Source: Candidatus Scatosoma sp. (GTDB taxonomy: Bacteria; Bacillota; Clostridia; Christensenellales; Borkfalkiaceae). From it: a stretch of 64,000 nt of DNA. Where the stretch lies: positions 4,171 to 68,170 of the forward strand of contig JAZKZY010000122.1 of NCBI GenBank assembly GCA_045612895.1. The letters run 5' to 3'. Shown one piece after another: positions 35,305 to 46,400 of this stretch. The position numbers and the translations under genes were made by a program. Position 1 is the stretch's first letter. The number at the start of each line of letters is the position of its first letter. The notes under the pieces were generated by a model. That model ran no database searches and was not told the origin of the DNA. It was given only the letters and a program-made list of their open reading frames with translations.

Positions 35305-36979
35305 TAAGAAAATGAAAAAATTAAGTGTTGTAATCAGCGCAGTTATGGCTTGCTCGTTGCTTGTTGGTGTAACGGCTTCAATGAATTTGAAGGATGCCAA
35401 AGCAAAAAACATGAAAACGGAGTTTTCTTCGGAGATTGCTGCTGTTAGCCATTTCCGTGGTCAAACGGTCAATATCTTACCCGAAGAGGTGAAACTTTGG
35501 ACGGCAAGCGAACAATTCGATGCGGCTTATTTGAATAGCTTGTACGAATACGGTACTTTGCATCAGGAATTCGTTTCGGCGGTAAATACGGACAACGATC
35601 GCGTTGCGGAAATTTATCGCCAAGCGGACGCATTTAACCCTGTAAACAACGTATTAAAGTGGAATTCGTCCCTTGAAAACGTTGCTTCGTACACGGTGCG
35701 CGTGGCTTATGACAATAAGTTTACGCAATGTATCTTAAAAGTGGAAGATGCTAATGCGGAAACGGGTGTTGCGATTGAAAATCCTCTTGTTGGAACTGAC
35801 TACTACTGGCAGGTAATCGCAACGACGAATAACGGGGATAGAGTATATTCTCCGATCTTCGATTTTACAACGGCAGACTCCTTGAGAACGGTAACTATTG
35901 ACGGCGTTTCCAATACCCGTGATATCGGTGGTTATGAAACGGCTTATGGTTATGTACAGCAAGGCCTTGTTTATCGTTCGGCAAGATTAGAATCTATTAG
36001 CGAAAGCGGTTTGAATACGTTGAAGAATAACCTTGGTGTAAAGACGGATTTGGACCTTCGTGGCGAAACGGAAGCAACGACGGGGGCAAACAGTAAAAAC
36101 CCTGCAGAGTTGGATAACTATTTCACGTATGACACCCCTCAATACGCTTATACGGGCGATTTGGGTTTGGACAATGCAAACCATTTTGCAAACGTGAAAG
36201 GCATTATGAAAGTCTTTACGGATAAGGAAAATTATCCAATTGACGTACACTGTGCAGTAGGGCGTGATAGAACGGGTACGATTACGGCATTGTTGAAGGC
36301 AGTTCTTGGCTATTCGGAAAACGACATTCTCAACGATTATTTCACCTCGATGTTTGCAACGACGGGGGCATGGGCGAAAGAAACCACCTATCTCAATCAA
36401 TCGATGATTGTAAACGTGTTGAGCTACCTCAATACCTTTGAGGGCGCAACTTTGGCGGATAGGGCGGCGGCTTATCTCATTTCTTGCGGTATGACGCAAA
36501 GCGATATCGACGCGATAAGAAATATCATGACGGGTAAGGAAGCGGTGGAAATTCCCGCTTATAAGACTTTCTCGGATGAGGATAATTATTCCGATTGCGC
36601 GTTTGTTACCTTTGAAAAATTTGGCACCGCAAAGGTTGTGGAAGTGATTAAGCTCGGCGAAACCGTAGAGGCGCCTTATGAAGCAGGCGAAGGATACGTT
36701 TGGACGGTAAATAATCAGGTGTACGACTTTGCAACGGCTATCAATGGTGATATGATTGTAAAAGCGGTTCAACCTAAGACCTATGAGGTGAAAATCCTTT
36801 CGACAGGCGCGATTTCGTCGCAAGAAACCGTAACGGTTAACGAAGGCGCGGCGTTCGATTTTGCGACCCTGCAAAAGGGTGGCTATGAAGTGATTGTTCT
36901 TTCCTCGGAAGGCAAAGTAATCACGGAATTGACCGTAGTAGAGAATACGACGTTAAACGTTATTTATATTCAAAAATAA
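35297..36979 (+). CDS. Secreted Cys-based phosphatase (CX5R), paralogue of 19602..21299
   Basis: RBS AAGGAGGG, and the start overlaps the upstream stop by 8 nt. GVSNTRDIGGYET, LVYRSARL, P-loop VHCAVGRDRTGT. The architecture is the same as the first copy. Confidence 0.75.
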   Translation: MRNKKMKKLSVVISAVMACSLLVGVTASMNLKDAKAKNMKTEFSSEIAAVSHFRGQTVNILPEEVKLWTASEQFDAAYLNSLYEYGTLHQEFVSAVNTDNDRVAEIYRQADAFNPVNNVLKWNSSLENVASYTVRVAYDNKFTQCILKVEDANAETGVAIENPLVGTDYYWQVIATTNNGDRVYSPIFDFTTADSLRTVTIDGVSNTRDIGGYETAYGYVQQGLVYRSARLESISESGLNTLKNNLGVKTDLDLRGETEATTGANSKNPAELDNYFTYDTPQYAYTGDLGLDNANHFANVKGIMKVFTDKENYPIDVHCAVGRDRTGTITALLKAVLGYSENDILNDYFTSMFATTGAWAKETTYLNQSMIVNVLSYLNTFEGATLADRAAAYLISCGMTQSDIDAIRNIMTGKEAVEIPAYKTFSDEDNYSDCAFVTFEKFGTAKVVEVIKLGETVEAPYEAGEGYVWTVNNQVYDFATAINGDMIVKAVQPKTYEVKILSTGAISSQETVTVNEGAAFDFATLQKGGYEVIVLSSEGKVITELTVVENTTLNVIYIQK

Positions 36980-37075
36980 TGGATAGCGCGAAGATGATTT
37001 TACATCATTTCGAGAAAACGAACATTTATAGGCATCGCAGGTAAGGGTAGCTTAACCTGTTAGAAAAGGAGCAAA

Positions 37076-39883
37076 ATGTTAAAATCTAAAAAGAAATTAT
37101 TGCCGATATTATCGTTTATATTTGTTTTGGCGGCGTTATGCTTGGTTTGGCTTTCGTTCTCCAGCGTAAAAGCGCATGCGGATTCTGAAGAGCTCAAAAA
37201 GGTAGAGCTTACGGAATTCCAGTTCTTTAACGCGCTTTCGGAGGACTCGCAAAACGTAGAGATTGCCATGGGTAAATACGGTATGTTATTGCGTTTTAGC
37301 GACGTCCTTTCGGATAATGTTTCCGAGATGAATGGCGGCATAAAAACGGTAAATCTTGTCGAGGAATATGGTGAACATATATTCATCAACGATATGCCTC
37401 TTACTTTTTATACCGATGCGGAAATTTGCTATTATTTCGAGGATTTCGTATGGGTATATATCCCTCACATGGACGTTTATCGTGAGCTCTCCGTTGACGA
37501 GGAATTTAGATTTGAGGATAGAGTGATTCAGCCGTTTGCTATATATATGGCGGCAACTGCTGAGGGGTATAATTACTGGACGGACGACGTGAACGCCTAT
37601 CTTACCAGCAAGACGAAAGAGGTTGAATTTAAGAGCATCGAGTTTAATAACACTGGTTATAAATACTTCAGCCCTCAAAAAGGCTTGTTGCTTGAATTTG
37701 ACCAAAAGGACGAAAATGGTAACTGGTTGAATAAAGATCTTTCCAATACGATTACCGAAAGAGACGGTAGTTGGATGAAAATCAATCTTTTGAACCATAG
37801 AGCGATTCAAAACACGATTTTAGGGGAAGGTGCAAGCACGGCTGCAAACATCTTCCTTGACGGTATTCCCCTCAAGGATATCCCTGGCGCGGAAATTAGT
37901 TATCACTCGCAAAGATTCCTGTGGGTGTATGTGCCGAATATGATTGATTATGCAAAGTTTGAAATCAAAGACCATACTTTGTTCTTCGACTCTTATTTGC
38001 CTGGGGTAGAGTTGTATTCGAATGGTAACGAATGGATTGACTATGATCCCAACGCATCGCGTAAGGATACGACGGGGGTAGAAAGCGTTTCCTATGACAA
38101 AATCGAATGGAATAACTGCGATTATGGTTATAGAGGAAACAAAAACGGCCTCTTGGTGAAATTTAGCGACAACTTATCAAAGTCCGCAAAGGAAATTGAC
38201 GGTGCTGTAAGAAACGTCAATAAGGTTTCCACAAGCATCGGTGAACATGTACGTATCAATGGGGAACCGCTTAAAAATATTGCGGGCGCGGAAATTTCCT
38301 ATCATAGCGAACAATATTTGTGGATTTATATTCCTTCCGCCGACCTTATGGCTTCGGGCGGTGATTTCGCATACTTAACGATTGATGCGGAAACGGAATT
38401 TTTGAACGCGATTCTTCCCGAATTAACCCTTTATTTCGACGGTACTTACTGGCAGGAAGAAGAACCTGAAATCGCGAACTACGAAAACAACAATTTTGCC
38501 GATATTTTACACAACAACGCATCGGTGGAGGGGGATAGTGCTTATGCGCAAACGGTATTCACCTTTGAGGATGATTTTACTCCTTCGGCAAACAGCCGTC
38601 CCAACTTCGCGCAAACGGGTGAAGTAGCGCAAAAGATTAAGTTGAACGGCAAAACCTTGAACGAATTGTATCAGCTTGATACAAAGACGCATTGTTTGTT
38701 CGATGAAAAAGCGTATGGCAACAACACCTTGTCGTTGTTGTTTAGAAAAGCGGATTTGCATCCTACGGCGGAATATCCGATTACGACCTTGACGATTGAA
38801 GAGGGAACGAAGTGGTTGGATAAGAGTTTTGCTGAAATGACCTTCTATCTTGTAGACGGAAAATGGTCGAAAATCAGCGCGCCTTCTACTGCGCTCGGTG
38901 AAGATACGGATGCACCTTACCTCTATTATTATGGGGAAGATTCGTATTTGGTATTTGCAGGGGAAGAAGTGATGGATTTCTCGGCGAATCTCTTCGTGTT
39001 TGACGAATATGAAGGCGAAATGGATTGCACGATTGAACTTCCTGCAGGCGCAACGACCGATGGCAAATGGAACCGTGGCGAATGGTTGGTAAAAATGATC
39101 GCAACCGATTCGCAAGGTAATGAAAGCGTGAAAGAGATTTCTGTTACGGCGATCAACGAAGAGGAACAATATTTGTCCGTATATGTTAATGGTTTCTTCT
39201 CTTACAGAGTTCGTTACGGTGAAAAAATCGACAAATTAAAATCGGAAGCCTTGCTCAAAGGTGATCCCGAAAAACCTAGCACGACTACGAGTTATTACGT
39301 ATTCGCAGGTTGGACGTTTAATGGTAAGCTTTGGGATTTTGATACCGACGTAGTAACCGAGGACGTTTGGCTTTCCCCGACGTATAGAGAACACAAGCGT
39401 TTGTTCACGTTGACGGTGAAAGACGTGGATACCGGTGAGAGCAATTTCTTGACGGTAAAAGCAGGCGACGTGATTGATTTTGCGGATTATCAAAAGGAAG
39501 GCTATAAGCTTCTTATCAAGCTTGACGGCGCATTTGTACAAAGGGTTACGGTAAATAGTGACTTGACCGTAGAATTACAATATACGCCGATTGAGACCGA
39601 AAACGGCGCGGAAAAGGCAATGATTCTTTTGATCGTTTGTTGGGCTGGCTCGGCGTTGTTGATTGTGGTGGTTTTGGCTACCGCCAAGGCGATTGAAAGA
39701 AAGAAACGCAAGGCAATTGAAGAAATCGCAGCAAAGGGTGTGCAGTATGCACTCGTTAAGAATAATGCTTCGACTGAAAAGATTCTCGTTTGGTCGGATA
39801 ATTGGGGCAAAATGCCTGTGGTAATGGATTCTAACCTTGCAAAATATGAAGCGAAGGACGAAAAGGCAGGTGAACAGGAATGA
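37076..39883 (+). CDS. Large surface protein (935 aa) with a TM anchor and a ~70-aa cytoplasmic tail
   Basis: RBS AAAGGAG. Signal peptide (…SSVKAHA). Three to four diverged copies of the shared module (INGEPLKNIAGAEISYHSEQYLWIYIP; TIEEGTKWLDKSFAEMTFYLVDGKWSK). DUF5011-like Ig module, Listeria-Bacteroides-like module (FAGWTFNGKLWDFDTDVVTEDVWLSPTY) and TM helix ILLIVCWAGSALLIVVVLATA. Confidence 0.8.
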   Translation: MLKSKKKLLPILSFIFVLAALCLVWLSFSSVKAHADSEELKKVELTEFQFFNALSEDSQNVEIAMGKYGMLLRFSDVLSDNVSEMNGGIKTVNLVEEYGEHIFINDMPLTFYTDAEICYYFEDFVWVYIPHMDVYRELSVDEEFRFEDRVIQPFAIYMAATAEGYNYWTDDVNAYLTSKTKEVEFKSIEFNNTGYKYFSPQKGLLLEFDQKDENGNWLNKDLSNTITERDGSWMKINLLNHRAIQNTILGEGASTAANIFLDGIPLKDIPGAEISYHSQRFLWVYVPNMIDYAKFEIKDHTLFFDSYLPGVELYSNGNEWIDYDPNASRKDTTGVESVSYDKIEWNNCDYGYRGNKNGLLVKFSDNLSKSAKEIDGAVRNVNKVSTSIGEHVRINGEPLKNIAGAEISYHSEQYLWIYIPSADLMASGGDFAYLTIDAETEFLNAILPELTLYFDGTYWQEEEPEIANYENNNFADILHNNASVEGDSAYAQTVFTFEDDFTPSANSRPNFAQTGEVAQKIKLNGKTLNELYQLDTKTHCLFDEKAYGNNTLSLLFRKADLHPTAEYPITTLTIEEGTKWLDKSFAEMTFYLVDGKWSKISAPSTALGEDTDAPYLYYYGEDSYLVFAGEEVMDFSANLFVFDEYEGEMDCTIELPAGATTDGKWNRGEWLVKMIATDSQGNESVKEISVTAINEEEQYLSVYVNGFFSYRVRYGEKIDKLKSEALLKGDPEKPSTTTSYYVFAGWTFNGKLWDFDTDVVTEDVWLSPTYREHKRLFTLTVKDVDTGESNFLTVKAGDVIDFADYQKEGYKLLIKLDGAFVQRVTVNSDLTVELQYTPIETENGAEKAMILLIVCWAGSALLIVVVLATAKAIERKKRKAIEEIAAKGVQYALVKNNASTEKILVWSDNWGKMPVVMDSNLAKYEAKDEKAGEQE

Positions 39884-42099
39884 GAAGTTTATTAAATAAA
39901 AAATCTGCTGTAATCCGTGTATTATCGGTGCTTTGCTTGCTTGTTCTCGCCCTTTTCGCCGTAAGTCTTGGCAAAGGGGAAGAGGTTTCCGCTAGCGCAA
40001 ATCAAAGCTACTATATTTTAGATGCTGATCAGTTGTCCTTTGAAGGAAAATCGGACGTTGCGAAAAAAGATGCGGACAATCTTTTGATGAGCGGCAAGGA
40101 TAACTACGTCCTTCAAAGCAGCGTTACGAAAACCAGTCCTACCTTAAAGCTTTCTGCATCGGCGTATGGCGATAGGATTTATGGCGGCACGCGAGATGCT
40201 GTAAAGATTGAGGTGAAATTGTTATTTAACAAATGGCCCGATGTTGGTTACGGCGGTTTCTCTAATGATGCAACGTATATTGCGCTTGCAATTTACAATT
40301 CCGACGATACCAAATTTGAAAATCCTATCGCTAGGGTGGAAGAATATACTGAAATCGGTAACTTTGTACGCACCTTCCAGTTATTGCCTAATCAAATTTG
40401 CAACAACCGTGGGAAATTACAAGACATAGTTCTGCGCGTAGAAAGTGACGCATCTTCTTGGTTGTCGGCTGTTATTGTCGATTATGTAAAGATCGTATTT
40501 GAGGCAAGCCCTATATCCTATGCAGGTGACTGCGCGGTAGGTAAAAATCCTGCGGGTTTGACCGATGAAAACGTGGTTTGGACGGAAGCGAAAGGGTATT
40601 GCGATACGTATATCGACCTTGCAAACTACGGCGGTTTTTACGGATATGTAAGCAATCCTGCAGTGGTAGAATTGCAAAAGAATAGTTTCCCGCAGGTTGA
40701 ATGTATAACCGAAGAAAATGGCACGGAAACACTTTTGTTAAAGAACGCGGTATTTGCGTTGAACGTTGGCAACCTTTCCGTAGATGATTACGCGCAATTC
40801 GTAATGGACATTCTTCTTACGGATAAAAGAGCGAAAGGCGGCCATGCCTTGTACCTTTACGGCAGCAATGCTGAAAAGTTCGTGGATGAAGACGGTAATC
40901 CCGTTGGATATGCGGCGGAAGTAATTGTAGAAAGCTACGAACAAGGTTTCCACAACAAGTTCATTTTGGAAAAGGAAGATATTCATAAGCTTGCGGATGA
41001 AAATGGCATCGTGTCGAATATCTACATTTTGTATCACGGAAATACTCTTGATACGGAGGACGAAACGTTTGGTTTGCGCAATGGTTCGCAAATTTGGATG
41101 AACAAAATTCAGTTCCTTGTAGAAGGCGAAATGGAAACGCCGACGCTTGCGGTGAAATACGACAAGTATGATGCGGCTGAGCTTTTCCCCGTTGCTACAG
41201 GTGTAACCCTTCAAAATAAATCGGTTGCAACGAGCGGTGACATGATTTCTCACGCTGCTTTGGCAAATAAACCAGTAGGTGAATTCTCGCTCGCTGTAAC
41301 GATGAACGGCGGCGATAACGTAACGGTTTTGTTTAATGCGCTCGGCCTTAAGCAAGTAAACGAATATCTGGATGGCGGTGTCTTGTTCTATTTGTCTGAT
41401 GAAAAGGTGGAAATCAGCACTCACGTAGATGGGGCAATGACGAAAGCTATTTCCGTGATTCCTCAAACTTCGTTCAGCACGAAAAAGATTGTAAAACTCG
41501 AGTGTATTCCTTATTATTTGAATTCGGTAGAAACTGGGCTTTACTGCGCGGTATCGATTGACGGTGAAGTGGTGCTTAGTGATTATTTCCTGAATGACAA
41601 TTTGTGTTTGGGTAATGTGTTCCACTTGGGCTATCAGGCGCAGGATAAGGACTTTACGGCAACCATTGGCTCTTCAAAGACGAGTGATGTTATGGATGCA
41701 AACGCTTTGATGAATGTAAAGATTAAAGCGGAAAAAATATACTACTCTTTGGATCAAACGGATATCCCGTTGGCGCTTTCCTGGTATGATACGGGCTATG
41801 ACGAAGTATCGGAAGTAGGGTGTGTAAGCGAGGTTGCAACTGTAAATCAAGAGGTAAGACGTATCGAATTTACCGATAACGGTGAAGCGAAGATTCGTTT
41901 TTCCATAACGAACGCGTTTGGTACGTTTGAATCGAATGAGCTTTCCTTGGAATGCCAGGACGTAGTTGTAATTGAAGAAGACGTGAAGGAATTTTACGAA
42001 AACGAATGGTTTATCGTATTGTATTTCTTACCGATTGCAGCTTTTGTTATCGTGGTAGCAAGCGTAGTGATTAAAAAGCAAAGTTCCCGTAGAAAATAA
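39880..42099 (+). CDS. Membrane-anchored surface protein (739 aa), function unknown
   Basis: ATGA start/stop overlap with the upstream gene. Signal peptide (…GEEVSASA). C-terminal TM helix plus KKQSSRRK. I recognise no motif. Confidence 0.7.
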   Translation: MRSLLNKKSAVIRVLSVLCLLVLALFAVSLGKGEEVSASANQSYYILDADQLSFEGKSDVAKKDADNLLMSGKDNYVLQSSVTKTSPTLKLSASAYGDRIYGGTRDAVKIEVKLLFNKWPDVGYGGFSNDATYIALAIYNSDDTKFENPIARVEEYTEIGNFVRTFQLLPNQICNNRGKLQDIVLRVESDASSWLSAVIVDYVKIVFEASPISYAGDCAVGKNPAGLTDENVVWTEAKGYCDTYIDLANYGGFYGYVSNPAVVELQKNSFPQVECITEENGTETLLLKNAVFALNVGNLSVDDYAQFVMDILLTDKRAKGGHALYLYGSNAEKFVDEDGNPVGYAAEVIVESYEQGFHNKFILEKEDIHKLADENGIVSNIYILYHGNTLDTEDETFGLRNGSQIWMNKIQFLVEGEMETPTLAVKYDKYDAAELFPVATGVTLQNKSVATSGDMISHAALANKPVGEFSLAVTMNGGDNVTVLFNALGLKQVNEYLDGGVLFYLSDEKVEISTHVDGAMTKAISVIPQTSFSTKKIVKLECIPYYLNSVETGLYCAVSIDGEVVLSDYFLNDNLCLGNVFHLGYQAQDKDFTATIGSSKTSDVMDANALMNVKIKAEKIYYSLDQTDIPLALSWYDTGYDEVSEVGCVSEVATVNQEVRRIEFTDNGEAKIRFSITNAFGTFESNELSLECQDVVVIEEDVKEFYENEWFIVLYFLPIAAFVIVVASVVIKKQSSRRK

Positions 42100-42130
42100 G
42101 GATTTTTGTGGAACTATAAGGAGCGAGTAA

Positions 42131-43390
42131 ATGAAAAAACTAACGGTAATACTGCTTATGATTTTCCAGGTTTTCGTCGTTTCGTTTTTTTCGGCATGTG
42201 AAGGATCTGAAACGCCGATGACGTCAACGCAAACGGAAAAAATACAAACCGTAGATACTTATACCCCTGAGATGGTGAATAAATACATGGACCCGATTTG
42301 GCAAACGACCGACATTTATGATGAAGGCGGCGTTATCGTAGGGGAAACGGGTGAAATTCGTTTATTGAGAAAGCCTATTAAAAACACGGTAACGGTAAGA
42401 AGTGTTCACTTTGAAGAAACCTATCGCGAAGGGATTGACTATATCGTTGACGGCAATGTAATTAGACGTCTCGCAACGGGTAATATGCCTTATTTCAAGT
42501 ATGAGGAATATTATTTTGATGCGCCGTATGAAGGATCGCACTTGTTGTGTGACCCGGGCAATGCGGAAATTCAATATGAAGGCGAAAAGTACTTGTATTA
42601 CAGCGAAGGGGCAGAGGGTGTTAAAAATTACGTGATGATCTCCTATAAAACGGAGGATCCGTATACCCAGTTTGTACCCTCGGGGGATTCCAGCGCGCAA
42701 AACTTTATCAATAAGGTTAAGACGGATAAAGAAGCGACAATTATGTTCTATGGGGACTCGATTACGGCAGGTTCTTGTGCGTCGGGTACCGCATTTGGCG
42801 GAAATGAAAATCCCTATTTGCCAAAGTGGAGTGAGCTTGTTAGCGAGTGGCTTTCTCAAGAGTACGATGCGGATATTACCCACATTAATAAAGCGCAAGG
42901 CGGTTGGACGACCAAGCAAGGGTTGGATAACTTTATCGGCGGGGAAAACCGTGTGGGCCCTTACCTTGATGAAATCGATTTGTTGCTCATTGCGTTTGGT
43001 GCAAACGATCCTCATATCACCGACGAAGTGTATAAGGCACAAATTAAAGGCATGATTGATATGTACTTGGAAAGACAACCCCAAGGTAGTATTATTCTTG
43101 TTTCCCCGTTTGTGTTTAACCAGCAAACCTCCAACTGGTTCATCAACCAGTATAGATTTGAGGGCTTGCTTGAACAGCTGAAAGCTGAATATGCGGAAAA
43201 GGGCATTTCGAACAATATTTCGGTTGCGAAAGTATATTCCTTCTTTAACGGTATTTGTGAAACGGGTAAGAGAAGCCGCGACTATTTGGGTAACAATATC
43301 AACCACCCTAACGATTACGGCGTTCGTATTTACGCGCAAGTTGTTTTGAAAACGCTTTGCGGTGACGAATTCTTCCCTCTTGGGTCATAA
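42131..43390 (+). CDS. SGNH/GDSL-type hydrolase lipoprotein (putative carbohydrate esterase)
   Basis: RBS TAAGGAG and lipobox-like FFSAC. SGNH blocks: FYGDSITAG (I), AQGGWT (II), AFGANDP (III), NNINHPNDYG (V). An N-terminal ~190-aa beta-rich domain is present. Confidence 0.75.
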   Translation: MKKLTVILLMIFQVFVVSFFSACEGSETPMTSTQTEKIQTVDTYTPEMVNKYMDPIWQTTDIYDEGGVIVGETGEIRLLRKPIKNTVTVRSVHFEETYREGIDYIVDGNVIRRLATGNMPYFKYEEYYFDAPYEGSHLLCDPGNAEIQYEGEKYLYYSEGAEGVKNYVMISYKTEDPYTQFVPSGDSSAQNFINKVKTDKEATIMFYGDSITAGSCASGTAFGGNENPYLPKWSELVSEWLSQEYDADITHINKAQGGWTTKQGLDNFIGGENRVGPYLDEIDLLLIAFGANDPHITDEVYKAQIKGMIDMYLERQPQGSIILVSPFVFNQQTSNWFINQYRFEGLLEQLKAEYAEKGISNNISVAKVYSFFNGICETGKRSRDYLGNNINHPNDYGVRIYAQVVLKTLCGDEFFPLGS

Positions 43391-43442
43391 GAAAATTTAA
43401 GACACCATCGTAAATGGTGGAAAGAATATTAAGGAGTAGGTT

Positions 43443-46400
43443 ATGAAAACCTTCATGAAACGAATTTATTTAATCGGTTTGACGGCACTTTGTACGTTGT
43501 GCCTGTTGTTCGGTGGCGTGTTCGCTTTTTCGCAAACGGCAACTGTAAAAGCGGCTTCGGCGCTTGAAACCGAATTTACCAACAATGGCCAAATTGTTAT
43601 CGGGGAGTATAGCGCAGCAAACGCCTTTGAATATGTAGAAGGTGTTGAAGGTGCGACTGGTGCGGCTCTTAAAATTAAAGCAGGGGCGTCACAAACGGCC
43701 TTTATTATGTTAAGTGTGCCTAGCGTTAAGGCGAGTGAGTTAGAAAGCATCGTTGTACGCATTTATTCGCCTGGTTATACCTCGGCGGATAGCTTTAGAG
43801 CGGCGGTAACAGCGGATGGGCAATGGCAACAAAATGATGCGGTAAATATGGGCAGCTGGGTTGAGGTGACCCTTAATGCAAAAGCTATTGCGATGATGAC
43901 GGGGGAAGGCGATTTCCTTAGCACGCCAATTGTGGTTGGTGCGCGTGCAAAGAGTCTAGCTGAATATTACTATATCGACAGTATTACCGTGACGGAAAAG
44001 CCTATGGGTGAAATCCCTATGGCTCAATTTGCTGGCGCTTGGGGCAATATAGATATGTACAACAGCGCGGAAAGAGTGTTGTTGATGTATAACAGTGATA
44101 ATGCTTGGGTATACCCCGATGAAGGAGACTTGGCATCCAAGGTAACCTATAAGAACTCCAAGACGGGCGCAACTCGTGCGGCAACGGATGCGGATATTGC
44201 AGGTTGGGACGGCCAAAAGTGGATTGTGTTCTCTAACCTGGCAGGTTATGACGTGCTTGAAATCGCGGAAGGCGGGACCTTTGGCGGTGGCGTTGGTATC
44301 CCTGCGCTTACCCTTTACAATGTAAACGGTCGTTGGGTAACGACGCCTCCATGCGAGGTAACGACCCATTACTTTGCGATTGCGGCAGGTTGGAATAACT
44401 TGATTACCAACGGCTTAGCGCAGACGATTGTATCTTTCGATTTGAAACCTCTTGCTGCTGCGGCGGATGCAACAAACCTTGCGGCTACGACAAACTGTAC
44501 TTCGATGATGGTAAAATACAACGGCAAGACGTTCCGTGAATTATATGCAGATACGACCAATGCCAATGCGCAACAATATAGAATTTCTTATGCGCATGGC
44601 AACAACCATTTCTATTTTGCTGTTCCTGAGGCAGACCTTGTAGAAGGCGCGACGTTTGAAATTGAAGAAGGTACGCCTTTCGTAGGCCAAGGCTTGGACG
44701 AAGTGAAACTTATTTTCAAAAACGGCGCGTGGGAATATTATAAGGAAGTCAACTATAATCCCGATTTCACCTCGATTGGTCAATTGAACCATTCTTACAA
44801 TGAAACCTTGGGCGCTTATGGTTTGTCTTTGAGATATGACACGAGCGGGTTTGCAGCCGACGGCAGCCAAGTAAGTACGAAACAACAGTCTGGCTTTACC
44901 TTGAACGGCGAGAATGTAGGCGTTGCGCTTTGGGGCGGCAATCAGTTGTTGTTCTGGTTGCATAAAGAAAGGTGCGAGGCAGGCTACAATGGTTATGAGC
45001 ATGCGACCTTGGAGATTGCGGAAGGCGCGAAGATTGTCAATCAGGAAGGGAAAGAATATACATTCAAAGCTTTGACGTTGTACCTTGTAGGCGGTCAATG
45101 GACGACCGAAAAGCCTGCAGAGGCAGAAAAAGCAACCTTTAACTCGATTTGGGGTAATATAGACACGTACAATGATTCTGACAGCGTATTGTTGATATTC
45201 AACAGCACGACCGCATGGAATCATACGGACAAAGGCACTTTGGCATCCAAAGTTACGTATAGAAATTCGTCTACGGGCGACACCTATACGGCAACCGACA
45301 GTGATATCGCGGGTTGGGAAGGTCAAAAGTGGATTGTGTTCTCTAACTTGGCTGGCTATGACGTGCTTGAAATCGCGGCAGGCGGTAAGTTTGGTGGCGT
45401 AGGAATTCCTGCGCTTACCATCTACAATGTAAACGGTCGTTGGGTAACGACGCCTGCAAGCGAGGTAACGACCAATTACTTTGCGATTGCGGTAGGTTGG
45501 AATAACTCGATTACCAACGGCTTGGCGCAGACGATTGTCTCTTTCGATTTGAAACCTCTTGCTGATGCTGCGGATTCAACAAACCTTGCGGCTACGACAA
45601 ACCGTACTTCGATGATGGTAAAATACAACGGCAAGACGTTCCGTGAATTATATGCAGATACGACCAATGCCAATGCGCAACAATATAGAATTTCTTATGC
45701 GCATGGCAACAACCATTTCTATTTTACTGTTCCTGAGGCAGACCTTGTAGAAGGCGCGACGTTTGAAATTGAAGAAGGTACGCCTTTCGTAGGCCAAGGC
45801 TTGGGCGCAGTAACCCTTGTCTACAAAAATGGCGCGTGGGAATATTATAAGGAAGTCAATTATAACCCCGATTTCGTATCGATTGGTGGCGCAAATAACT
45901 TGGAGTATGGGGAACATTACGGCTTAGCTTTGAGATATGATACCAACGGTTTCACCAGCGCGGGCAACCAAATTGTGGCGGCAAGCTATATAGGTATCAC
46001 CATCAACAGCGATGCGCAAACGACTGTGCTTTGGGGCGGGGATCAGTTGTTGTTCTGGATTCCTGCAAATAAGCTTGTTGAAGGCTACAACGGCTATTCG
46101 CATCCTACCTTTAAGATTATGGAAGGCGCAACGGTTGTCAATGAAAACGGTGAAACCTTCACGCTCGGCGCAGCAACGCTTTACCTTGTAGACGGGCAAT
46201 GGACGACCGAAAAACCCGCGGATTATTCCGTGACGGTGAATATTCCTGACTTGGGTGAACCCGATTGCGTATTCAAGGACTTTAATTTCTGGAATAATGA
46301 AAACGGCGCGACATTGTTTGAATTTATCAACTTTGTAAATAAGCCTACGACGACGTCCTCGTATCTCTCCACGACGGGGCATTATATCACCTTGAACGGT

